Assembly: GCF_036365525.1 (NCBI RefSeq)
Contig: NC_090409.1
Span: 39,566,437-39,630,436 of the forward strand
Reading direction: 5' to 3'
Length of the DNA: 64,000 nt
From: Heterodontus francisci
Lineage: Eukaryota
The notes beneath the pieces were generated by a model that was not told the origin of the DNA, ran no database searches, and saw only the letters and a program-made list of their open reading frames with translations. This document shows positions 26,219 through 38,300 of this stretch, piece after piece; position 1 is the first letter of the stretch; each line of letters opens with the position of its first letter. The translations under genes and the position numbers were made by a program.

Positions 26219-27560
26219 AAAACCTTTGACCTCGCCAGCCAACGTGATCTCTTCAGACTATTGGCAAAGATCAGATGTCCACCAAAGCTACTAAGTATCA
26301 TCACCTCATTCCATGACAATATGAAAGGCACAATTCAGCATAGCGGCACCTCATCAGACCCCTTTCCTATCCTGAGTGGCGTGAAACAGGGCTGTGTTCT
26401 CGCACCTACACTGTTTGGGATCTTCTTCTCCCTGCTGCTCTCACATGTGTTCAAGTCTTCAGAAGAAGGAATTTTCCTCCACACAAGATCAGGGGGCATG
26501 TTGTTCAACCTTGCCCGTCTAAGAGCCAAGACCAAAGTACGGAAGGTCCTCATCAGGGAACTCCTCTTTGCTGACGATGCTGCTTTAACATCTCACACTG
26601 AAGAGTGTCTGCATATACTCATCGACAGGATTGCGGCTGTCTGCAATGAATTTGGCCTAACCATTAGCCTCAAGAAAATGAACATCATGGGACAGGACGT
26701 CAGAAATGCTCCATCCATTAATATCGGTGACCACTCTCTGGAAGTGGTTCAAGAGTTCACCTACCTAGGCTCAACTGTCACCAGTAACTTGTCTCTAGAT
26801 GCAGAAATCAACAAGCGCATGGGAAAGGCTTCCACTGCTGTGTCCGGACTCGCCAAGAGAGTGTGGGAAAATGGCGCACTGACACGGAACACAAAAGTCC
26901 GAGTATATCAAGCCTGTGTCATCAGTACCTTGCTGTATGGCAGCGAGGCCTGGACAACGTATGTCAGCCAAGAGCGACGTCTCAATTCATTCCATCTTCG
27001 CTGCCTTCGGAGAATACTTGGCATCAGGTGGCAGGACTATATCTCCAACACAGAAGTCCTCGAGGCGGCCAACATCCCCAGCTTATACACACTACTGAGT
27101 CAGCGGCGCTTGAGATGGCTTGGCCATGTGAGCCGCATGGAAGATGGCAGGATCCCCAAAGACACATTGTACAGTGAGCTAGTCACTGGTATCAGACCCA
27201 CCGGCCGTCCATGGCTCCGCTATAAAGACGTCTGCAAACGTGACATGAAATCCTGTGACATTGACCACAAGTCGTGGGAGTCACTTGCCAGCGATTACCA
27301 GAGCTGACGGGCAGCCATAAAGGCGGGGCTGAAGTGTGGCGAGTCGAAGAGACTTAGCAGTTGGCAGGAAAAAAGACAGAAGCGCAAGGAGAGAGCCAAC
27401 TGTGTAACAGCCCCGACAACCAATTTTATCTGCAGCACCTGTGGAAGAGTCTGTCACTCTAGAATAGGCCTTTATCGCCACTCCAGGCGCTGCTCCACAA
27501 ACCACTGACCACATCCAGGCGCTTACCCATTGTCTCTCGAGACAAGGGGGTCAAAGAAGA
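26219..27560 (+). mobile_element. RTE-clade LINE, 5'-truncated, RT frame open
   Basis: GVKQGCVLAPTLF, ELLFADD, FTYLGS, LLYGSEAW, RRLRWLGHV.RMED.RIPK. It interrupts a segment that is intact at 21615-21645. Confidence 0.93.
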
Positions 27561-27874
27561 TCCTGCTTTCCACTCAATGAGGTTTTATTACAACTGCTTA
27601 AAGTGTTTATTTCACAATTTTGTTGTTTTAGCTCAATTTCTTTTGGGACATTGTAATGTCAAACAGCGCAGACCCGCCCCTCGCAGAGCAGCACATCATT
27701 GCTCAGCAGTCAGGAAACGGCTGCTGTTTTCAGTTAAATCCACACTGAACAGTTAGCCCCTTGTCCGCCTTCTGATTATCTTTATTTCCTGCACCATCTG
27801 CTCTGCGTTGTAAACTGATTAAAAACAAATAGGCAGCAACCGCAAACAGCAGCATTTATCAGCAAGGAGCCGCT

Positions 27875-30655
27875 CCCCATTACTGACCTCCCGGCTCTGA
27901 GACACATTGAGACCGGGAGCAGCCCTGACACAGTCCATGGTCCCTCTCCCCATTACTGACCTCCCCTCCCTCCCAGCTCTGAGACACATTGAGACCGGGA
28001 GCAGCCCTGACACAGTCCATGGTCCCTCTCCCCATTACTGACCCCCCTCCCTCCCGGCTCTGAGACACATTGAGACCGGGAGCAGCCCTGACACAGTCCA
28101 TGGTCCCACTCCCCATTACTGACCCCCCTCCCTCCCGGCTCTGAGACACATTGAGACCGGGAGCAGCCCTGACACAGTCCATGGTCCCTCTCCCCATTAC
28201 TGACCCCCCTCCCTCCCGGCTCTGAGACACATTGAGACCGGGAGCAGCCCTGACACAGTCCATGGTCCCTCTCCCCATTACTGACCCCCCTCCCTCCCGG
28301 CTCTGAGACACATTGAGACCGGGAGCAGCCCTGACACAGTCCATGGTCCCACTCCCCATTACTGACCCTCCTCCCTCCCGGCTCTGAGACACATTGAGAC
28401 CGGGAGCAGCCCTGACACAGTCCATGGTCCCACTCCCCATTACTGACCCCCCTCCCTCCCAGCTCTGAGACACATTGAGACCGGGAGCAGCCCTGACACA
28501 GTCCATGGTCCCTCTCCCCATGACTGACCTCCCCTCCCTCCCGGCTCTGAGACACATTGAGACCGGGAGCAGCCCTGACACAGTCCATGGTCCCACTCCC
28601 CATTACTGACCCCCCTCCCTCCCAGCTCTGAGACACATTGAGACCGGGAGCAGCCCTGACACAGTCCATGGTCCCTCTCCCCATGACTGACCTCCCCTCC
28701 CTCCCGGCTCTGAGACACATTGAGACCGGGAGCAGCCCTGACACAGTCCATGGTCCCTCTCCCCATTACTGACCTCCCCTCCCTCCCGGCTCTGAGACAC
28801 ATTGAGACCAGGAGCAGCCCTGACACAGTCCATGGTCCCTCTCCCCATTACTGACCCCCCTCCCACCCCGCTCTGAGACACATTGAGACCGGGAGCAGCC
28901 CTGACACAGTCCATGGTCCCACTCCCCATTACTGACCCCCCTCCCTCCCGGCTCTGAGACACACTGAGACCGGGAGCAGCCCTGACACAGTCCATGGTCC
29001 CACTCCCCATTACTGACCCCCCTCCCTCCCGGCTCTGAGACACATTGAGACCGGGAGCAGCCCTGACACAGTCCATGGTCCCTCTCCCCATTACTGACCT
29101 CCCCTCCCTCCCGGCTCTGAGACACATTGAGACCGGGAGCAGCCCTGACACAGTCCATGGTCCCTCTCCCCATTACTGACCCTCCTCCCTCCCGGCTCTG
29201 AGACACATTGAGACCGGGAGCAGCCCTGACACAGTCCATGGTCCCTCTCCCCATTACTGACCCCCCTCCCTCCCGGCTCTGAGACACATTGAGACCGGGA
29301 GCAGCCCTGACACAGTCCATGGTCCCACTCCCCATTACTGACCCCCCTCCCTCCCGGCTCTGAGACACATTGAGACCGGGAGCAGCCCTGACACAGTCCA
29401 TGGTCCCTCTCCCCATTACTGACCCCTCTCCCTCGCGGCTCTGAGACACATTGAGACCGGGAGCAGCCCTGACACAGTCCATGGTCCCTCTCCCCATTAC
29501 TGACCCCTCTCCCTCCCGGCTCTGAGACACATTGAGACCGGGAGCAGCCCTGACACAGTCCATGGTCCCACTCCCCATTACTGACCCCCCTCCCGGCTCT
29601 GAGACACATTGAGACCAGGAGCAGCCCTGACACAGTCCATGGTCCCTCTCCCCATTACTGACCCCCCTCCCGGCTCTGAGACACATTGAGACCAGGAGCA
29701 GCCCTGACACAGTCCATGGTCCCTCTCCCCATTACTGACCCCTCTCCCTCCCGGCTCTGAGACACATTGAGACCGGGAGCAGCCCTGACACAGTCCATGG
29801 TCCCTCTCCCCATTACTGACCCCCCTCCCACCCCGCTCTGAGACACATTGAGACCGGGAGCAGCCCTGACACAGTCCATGGTCCCACTCCCCATTACTGA
29901 CCCCCCTCCCTCCCGGCTCTGAGACACATTGAGACCGGGAGCAGCCCTGACACAGTCCATGGTCCCACTCCCCATTACTGACCCCCCTCCCACCCCGCTC
30001 TGAGACACATTGAGACCGGGAGCAGCCCTGACACAGTCCATGGTCCCTCTCCCCATTACTGACCCCCCTCCCGGCTCTGAGACACATTGAGACCGGGAGC
30101 AGCCCTGACACAGTCCATGGTCCCACTCCCCATTACTGACCCCCCTCCCTCCCGGCCCTGACACAGTCCATGGTCCCGCTCCCCATTACTGACCCCCCTC
30201 CCTCCCGGCTCTGAGACACATTGAGACCGGGAGCAGCCCTGACACAGTCCATGGTCCCACTCCCCATTACTGACCCCCCTCCCTCCCGGCCCTGACACAG
30301 TCCATGGTCCCTCTCCCCATTACTGACCCCCCTCCCTCCCGGCTCTGAGACACATTGAGACCGGGAGCAGCCCTGACACAGTCCATGGTCCCTCTCCCCA
30401 TTACTGACCCCCCTCCCTCCCGGCTCTGAGACACATTGAGACCGGGAGCAGCCCTGACACAGTCCATGGTCCCTCTCCCCATTACTGACCCCCCTCCCTC
30501 CCGGCTCTGAGACACATTGAGACCGGGAGCAGCCCTGACACAGTCCATGGTCCCTCTCCCCATTACTGACCCCCCTCCCTCCCGGCTCTGAGACACATTG
30601 AGACCGGGAGCAGCCCTGACACAGTCCATGGTCCCTCTCCCCATTACTGACCCCC
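27875..30655. repeat. Expanded 81-bp VNTR (about 34 units)
   Basis: Period 81 (e.g. tccatgg at 30301 and 30382); 27-aa periodic ORFs on the minus strand. Confidence 0.97.
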
Positions 30656-30678
30656 CGGGTGTGAGACACTGACAATAC

Positions 30679-30699
30679 CTGCAACACTTTTCCATCCAT
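30679..30699 (-). CDS. Third copy of coding exon 1 (MDGKVLQ): alternative first exon of gene A or remnant of a truncated paralog
   Basis: ATG GAT GGA AAA GTG TTG CAG followed by gtattg and then the same intron-1 VNTR. No exon 2 is seen between it and 20153. Confidence 0.55.
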
Positions 30700-30870
30700 T
30701 GCCCTGATCCTGGATCATCCTCTCCCGGAGACAGGGAAGCTGCTGCTCAGGGGCAGAAACAGCAGACTGAGAGAGAAAGGACAGGGCAGTTTCCTAAATT
30801 TCACCGGCCAATCATGTGCGAGTCCGCTCTGTCCATCAGGCCTCTGCCCGCCCACTATAAACACCCCTTC
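30700..30870 (-). promoter_or_regulatory. Putative promoter of the distal exon 1 (CCAAT and GC box)
   Basis: ggccaatca near 30807-30815 and gcccgccc near 30847-30854, directly upstream of the ATG exon. Motif evidence only. Confidence 0.4.
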
Positions 30871-31239
30871 TCCTGATCTCTGATCACCTGCTGAGGATTT
30901 CTTCAGTTGCTTTTATGACACCAGATGTCCGGATTTCTGATCAATTGTTTTATTATTTCTAACGCACCTGCTGAGTATTTCCAATACAAACAAGAAATGC
31001 TGGAAATACTCAGCAGGTCTGGCAGCATTTGTGCAAAGAGAAACAGAGTTAACGTTTGAGCTCAGTGACCCTTCATCAGAACCGACAATTTTCTTTTATT
31101 CATTCACTGGATGTGGGCGTCACTGGCCAGACCAGAATTTATTTCCCTTGAGAAGATGGTGGTGAGCTGCCTTCTTGAACCACTGCTGTCCATCTGGGGT
31201 AGGTACACCCACAGTGCTGTTAGGAAGGGAGTTCCAGGA

Positions 31240-31757
31240 TTTTGACCCGTGCGGGTACCCACAGCAACACCCTTTACTTGAAGGAGGTGAGTGGAGTTGA
31301 AGGAGAAGTTGTTCAATGTGAGAACAAGTTCAGTCAGGCGGAGGAGGGTGGTGGTGGATGGGGACTGGTTGGGCCTCTGTTGAAGGAAGAAGCGGAGAGC
31401 CCTCATCATTATGGTGGGGGATGGAGGTGTCGAGAGAGTGGACGTCCATAGTGAAGAGGAGGTGGTTGGGGCCAGGAAACTGGAAATTGTCAAGATGGTG
31501 TAGGACGTCAGAAGAGTCAAGGATGTGGGTGGGAAGAAATTGGACCAGCGGAGAAAAGATAGTCAGGATAGGAAGAAATAAGTTTAGTGGGGCAGGAACA
31601 GACTGAAACAATGGGTCTGCCGGGACAGTCCTGTTTGTGGATTTTGGGAAGGAGGTAGAAGCAGGCTGTCCGGTGTTGTGGGACTATGAGGTTGGAAGCT
31701 GTAGAGGGAAGATCTCCAGGGGAGATGAGGTCAGTGACAGTCCTGTGGACAGTCTCA
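31240..31757 (-). mobile_element. Penelope-like element RT fragment
   Basis: FYLLPKIHKQDCPGRPIVS, LFTMDVHSL.TSIPH and LTLNNFSFNSTHLLQVKGVAVGT are PLE RT motifs. Confidence 0.9.
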
Positions 31758-31787
31758 ATTATATTTGGTGTTGTGGAAATGTTGTGT

Positions 31788-32180
31788 ACACTGGACGAAC
31801 TGACAAAGGCCGTCAGGTCCTTCAAGACGAGTAAAACTCCCAGAAGCGACAGCTTACCGGTTGAGTTGTATTCGGCCCTGTGAGACTGGATCGGCCCAGA
31901 CCTGCTGGAAGTATACGAGAGTATGTTTCTGGCCGGCAGCAATCAATGGGTGGGAATCAGAAAGTTTCTCAATCCAATCTGGCGTCAGACAGGTCTGTCC
32001 TCTCTCCCCTGTCCTGTTTGTTTGCTGTATCGAACCCTCTGCTGAGTCTATTAGGAAGGATGTGAGCATAAGAGGGGTGACAATCCCAGGCAGCGGAGTC
32101 ACTCCGGTTAAAACCTCCCTGTACATGGATGACGTCACTGTCTTCTGCTTGGATCAGCTGTTCGTTCGCAGACTGATTAA
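31788..32180 (+). mobile_element. Tx1/L1-clade RT fragment, internally deleted
   Basis: TLDELTKAV...KTPRSDSLPVELY, SGVRQVCPLSPVLF, SLYMDDVTVF. Confidence 0.85.
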
Positions 32181-32304
32181 TTAATTTCATTAAATTCAAA
32201 CAAGGAAGAAGGAAAGAGTTTTCTATGTTCCACATAATTTAGAAAGGGAGATGACTGAAATATTTGTCCTGATTTTCACCTGGGTGGGTGGGAAAGTGCG
32301 GTGG

Positions 32305-35300
32305 AGCCCGGTAACAGGTGAGGAACCGGTAACAGGTGAGGAACCCGGTAACAGGTGAGGAACCCGGTAACAGGTGAGGAACCCAGTAACAGGTGAGGAG
32401 CCCGGTAACAGGTGAGGAGCCCGGTAACAGGTGAGGAACCCGGTAACAGGTGAGGAACCCGGTAAAAGGTGAGGAACCCGGTAACAGGTGAGGAACCCGG
32501 TAACAGGTGAGGAACCCAGTAAAAGGTGAGGAACCCGGTAACAGGTGAGGAACCCAGTAACGGGTGAGGAGCCCGGTAACAGGTGAGGAGCCCGGTAACA
32601 GGTGAGGAGCCCGGTAAAAGGTGTGAGGAACCCAGTAACAGGTGAGGAACCCGGTAAAAGGTGAGGAACCCGGTAACAGGTGAGGAACCCAGTAACAGGT
32701 GAGGAGCCCGGTAACAGGTGAGGAGCCCGGTAACAGGTGAGGAACCCGGTAACAGGTGTGAGGAACCCGGTAACAGGTGAGGAACCCGGTAACAGGTGAG
32801 GAACCCGGTAACAGGTGAGGAACCCAGTAACAGGTGAGGAGCCCAGTAACAGGTGAGGAGCCCGGTAACAGGTGAGGAACCCGGTAACAGGTGAGGAACC
32901 CGGTAAAAGGTGAGGAACCCGGTAACAGGTGAGGAACCCGGTAACAGGTGAGGAGCCCGGTAACAGGTGAGGAACCCAGTAACAGGTGAGGAGCCCGGTA
33001 ACAGGTGAGGAGCCCGGTAACAGGTGAGGAACCCGGTAACAGGTGAGGAACCCAGTAAAAGGTGAGGAACCCGGTAACAGGTGAGGAACCCAGTAAAAGG
33101 TGAGGAACCCGGTAACAGGTGAGGAGCCCGGTAACAGGTGAGGAGCCCGGTAACAGGTGAGGAACCCGGTAACAGGTGAGGAACCCAGTAAAAGGTGAGG
33201 AACCCGGTAACAGGTGAGGAACCCAGTAAAAGGTGAGGAACCCGGTAACAGGTGAGGAACCCGGTAAAAGGTGAGGAACCCGGTAACAGGTGAGGAACCC
33301 AGTAACAGGTGAGGAGCCCGGTAACAGGTGAGGAACCCGGTAACAGGTGTGAGGAACCCGGTAACAGGTGAGGAACCCAGTAACAGGTGAGGAGCCCGGT
33401 AACAGGTGTGGAACCCGGTAACAGGTGAGGAGCCCGGTAACAGGTGAGGAACCCGGTAACAGGTGAGGAACCCAGTAAAAGGTGAGGAACCCGGTAACAG
33501 GTGAGGAACCCAGTAAAAGGTGAGGAACCCGGTAACAGGTGAGGAGCCCGGTAACAGGTGAGGAACCCGGTAACAGGTGAGGAACCCAGTAAAAGGTGAG
33601 GAACCCGGTAACAGGTGAGGAACCCAGTAAAAGGTGAGGAACCCGGTAACAGGTGAGGAACCCGGTAAAAGGTGAGGAACCCGGTAACAGGTGAGGAACC
33701 CAGTAACAGGTGAGGAACCCGGTAACAGGTGAGGAACCCGGTAACAGGTGTGAGGAACCCGGTAACAGGTGAGGAACCCAGTAACAGGTGAGGAGCCCGG
33801 TAACAGGTGAGGAACCCGGTAACAGGTGTGAGGAACCCGGTAACAGGTGAGGAACCCGGTAACAGGTGTGAGGAACCCGGTAACAGGTGAGGAACCCAGT
33901 AACAGGTGAGGAGCCCGGTAACAGGTGAGGAACCCGGTAACAGGTGTGAGGAACCCGGTAACAGGTGAGGAACCCGGTAAAAGGTGAGGAACCCGGAAAC
34001 AGGTGAGGAATCCGGTAACAGGTGAGGAACCCGGTAACAGGAGAGGTACCCGGTAACAGGTGAGGAACCCGGTAACAGGTGAGGAACCCGGTAACAGGTG
34101 TGAGGCATCCGGTAACAGGCAAGGAACCCGGTAACAGGTGAGGAACCCGGTAACAGGTGAGGAACCCAGTAAAAGGTGAGGAACCCAGTAACAGGTGAGG
34201 AACCCGGTAAAAGGTGAGGAACCCGGTAACAGGTGAGGAACCCAGTAACAGGTGAGGAGCCCGTTAACAGGTGAGGAGCCCGGTAACAGGTGAGGAGCCC
34301 GGTAACAGGTGAGGAACCCGGTAACAGGTGTGAGGAACCCGGTAACAGGTGAGGAACCCGGTAACAGGTGAGGAGCCCGGTAACAGGTGAGGAACCCGGT
34401 AACAGGTGAGGAGCCCGGTAAAAGGTGTGAGGAACCCAGTAACAGGTGAGGAACCCGGTAAAAGGTGAGGAACCTGGTAACAGGTGAGGAACCCGGTAAC
34501 AGGTGAGGAGCCCGGTAACAGGTGAGGAGCCCGGTAACAGGTGAGGAACCCGGTAACAGGTGTGAGGAACCCGGTAACAGGTGAGGAACCCGGTAACAGG
34601 TGAGGAGCCCGGTAACAGGTGAGGAACCCAGTAACAGGTGAGGAGCCCGGTAACAGGTGAGGAACCCGGTAACAGGTGAGGAACCCAGTAAAAGGTGAGG
34701 AACCCGGTAACAGGTGAGGAACCCGGTAACAGGTGAGGAGCCCGGTAACAGGTGAGGAACCCAGTAACAGGTGAGGAGCCCGGTAACAGGTGAGGAGCCC
34801 GGTAACAGGTGAGGAACACGGTAACAGGTGAGGAACCCGGTAAAAGGTGAGGAACCCGGTAACAGGTGAGGAACCCAGTAACAGGTGAGGAACCCGGTAA
34901 AAGGTGAGGAACCCGGTAACAGGTGAGGAACCCAGTAACAGGTGAGGAGCCCGGTAACAGGTGAGGAGCCCGGTAACAGGTGAGGAGCCCGGTAACAGGT
35001 GAGGAACACGGTAACAGGTGAGGAACCCGGTAAAAGGTGAGGAACCCGGTAACAGGTGAGGAACCCAGTAACAGGTGAGGAACCCGGTAACAGGTGTGGA
35101 ACCCGGTAACAGGTGAGGAGCCCGGTAACAGGTGAGGAACCCAGTAACAGGTGAGGAGCCCGCTAACAGGTGAGGAGCCCGGTAACAGGTGAGGAACCCG
35201 GTAACAGGTGTGAGGAACCCAGTAAAAGGTGAGGAACCCGGTAACAGGTGAGGAACCCGGTAAAAGGTGAGGAACCCGGTAACAGGTGAGGAACCCAGTA

Positions 35301-38300
35301 ACGGGTGAGGAGCCCGGTAACAGGTGAGGAGCCCGGTAACAGGTGAGGAGCCCGGTAAAAGGTGTGAGGAACCCAGTAACAGGTGAGGAACCCGGTAAAA
35401 GGTGAGGAACCTGGTAACAGGTGAGGAACCCAGTAACAGGTGAGGAGCCCGGTAACAGGTGAGGAGCCCGGTAACAGGTGAGGAACCCGGTAACAGGTGT
35501 GAGGAACCCGGTAACAGGTGAGGAACCCGGTAACAGGTGAGGAACCCGGTAAAAGGTGAGGAACCCGGTAACAGGTGAGGAACCCGGTAACAGGTGAGGA
35601 GCCCGGTAACAGGTGAGGAACCCAGTAACAGGTGAGGAGCCCGGTAACAGGTGAGGAGCCCGGTAACAGGTGAGGAACCCGGTAACAGGTGAGGAACCCA
35701 GTAAAAGGTGAGGAACCCGGTAACAGGTGAGGAACCCGGTAACAGGTGAGGAACCCGGTAAAAGGTGAGGAACCCGGTAACAGGTGAGGAACCCGGTAAA
35801 AGGTGAGGAACCCGGTAACAGGTGAGGAACCCAGTAACAGGTGAGGAGCCCGGTAACAGGTGAGGAACCCGGTAACAGGTGTGAGGAACCCGGTAACAGG
35901 TGAGGAACCCAGTAACAGGTGAGGAGCCCGGTAACAGGTGAGGAGCCCGGTAACAGGTGAGGAACCCGGTAACAGGTGTGAGGAACCCGGTAACAGGTGA
36001 GGAACCCGGTAAAAGGTGAGGAGCCCGGAAACAGGTGAGGAATCCGGTAACAGGTGAGGAACCCGGTAACAGGTGTGAGGAGCCTGGTAACAGGTGAGGA
36101 ACGTGGTAACAGGTGAGGTACCCGGTAACAGGTGAGGAACCCGGTAACAGGCGAGGTACCCGGTAACAGGTGAGGAACCCGGTAACAGGTGAGGAACCCG
36201 GTAACAGGTGTGAGGCATCCGGTAACAGGCAAGGAACCCGGTAACAGGTGAGGAACCCGGTAACAGGTGAGGAACCCAGTAAAAGGTGAGGAACCCAGTA
36301 ACAGGTGAGGAACCCGGTAAAAGGTGAGGAACCCGGTAACAGGTGAGGAACCCAGTAACAGGTGAGGAGCCCGGTAACAGGTGAGGAGCCCGGTAACAGG
36401 TGAGGAACCCGGTAACAGGTGAGGAGCCCGGTAAAAGGTGTGAGGAACCCAGTAACAGGTGAGGAACCCGGTAAAAGGTGAGGAACCTGGTAACAGGTGA
36501 GGAACCCGGTAACAGGTGAGGAGCCCGGTAACAGGTGAGGAGCCCGGTAACAGGTGAGGAACCCGGTAACAGGTGTGAGGAACCCGGTAACAGGTGAGGA
36601 ACCCGGTAACAGGTGAGGAGCCCGGTAACAGGTGAGGAACCCAGTAACAGGTGAGGAGCCCGGTAACAGGTGAGGAACCCGGTAACAGGTGAGGAACCCA
36701 GTAAAAGGTGAGGAGCCCGGTAACAGGTGAGGAGCCCGGTAACAGGTGAGGAGCCCGGTAACAGGTGAGGAACCCAGTAACAGGTGAGGAGCCCGGTAAC
36801 AGGTGAGGAGCCCGGTAACAGGTGAGGAACACGGTAACAGGTGAGGAACCCGGTAAAAGGTGAGGAACCCGGTAACAGGTGAGGAACCCGGTAACAGGTG
36901 AGGAACCCGGTAAAAGGTGAGGAACCCGGTAACAGGTGAGGAGCCCGGTAACAGGTGAGGAACCCGGTAACAGGTGTGGAACCCGGTAACAGGTGAGGAA
37001 CCCGGTAACAGGTGAGGAACCCGGTAACAGGTGAGGAACCCAGTAACAGGTGAGGAGCCCGGTAACAGGTGAGGAACCCGGTAACAGGTGTGGAACCCGG
37101 TAACAGGTGAGGAGCCCGGTAACAGGTGAGGAACCCAGTAACAGGTGAGGAGCCCGGTAACAGGTGAGGAGCCCGGTAACAGGTGAGGAGCCCGGTAACA
37201 GGTGAGGAACCCGGTAACAGGTGTGAGGAACCCGGTAACAGGTGAGGAACCCGGTAAAAGGTGAGGAACCCGGAAACAGGTGAGGAATCCGGTAACATGT
37301 GAGGAACCCGGTAACAGGTGTGAGGAGCCTGGTAACAGGTGAGGAACGTGGTAACAGGTGAGGAGCCCGGTAACAGGTGAGGAACCCGGTAACAGGTGTG
37401 GAACCCGGTAACAGGTGAGGAGCCCGGTAACAGGTGAGGAACCCAGTAACAGGTGAGGAGCCCGGTAACAGGTGAGGAGCCCGGTAACAGGTGAGGAACC
37501 CGGTAACAGGTGTGAGGAACCCGGTAACAGGTGAGGAACCCGGTAAAAGGTGAGGAACCCGGAAACAGGTGAGGAATCCGGTAACATGTGAGGAACCCGG
37601 TAACAGGTGTGAGGAGCCTGGTAACAGGTGAGGAACGTGGTAACAGGTGAGGAACCCGGTAACAGGTGAGGAACCCGGTAACAGGTGTGAGGCACCCGGT
37701 AACAGGCAAGGAACCCGGTAACAGGTGAGGAACCCGGTAACAGGCGAGGAACCCGGTAACAGGTGAGGAACCCGGTAACAGGTGTGAGGCACCCGGTAAC
37801 AGGCAAGGAACCCGGTAACAGGTGAGGAACCCGGTAAAAGGTGAGGAACCCGGTAACAGGTGAGGAACCCGGTAACAGGTGAGGTACCCGGTAACAGGTG
37901 AGGTACCCGGTAACAGGTGAGGAACCCGGTAACAGGTGAAGAACCCGGTAACAGGTGAGGAACCCAGTAAAAGGTGAGGAACCCGGTAACAGGTGAGGAA
38001 CCCGGTAACAGGTGAGGTACCCGGTAACAGGTGAGGTACCCGGTAACAGGTGAGGAACCCGGTAACAGGCGAGGAACCCGGTAACAGGTGAGGAACCCGG
38101 TAACAGGTGTGAGGCACCCGGTAACAGGCAAGGAACCCGGTAACAGGTGAGGAACCCGGTAACAGGTGAGGAACCCGGTAACAGGTGTGAGGAACCCGGT
38201 AACAGGTGAGGAACCCGGTAACAGGTGTGAGGAACCCGGTAACAGGTGAGGAACCCGGTAACAGGTGTGAGGAACCCGGTAACAGGTGTGAGGAACCCGG

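Noticed and set aside
27880-30699. Overlapping 27-aa-periodic ORFs as a repeat protein
   Set aside because: Translation of the 81-bp VNTR; frames switch at unit-length variants. Only the first 7 codons match a real exon.
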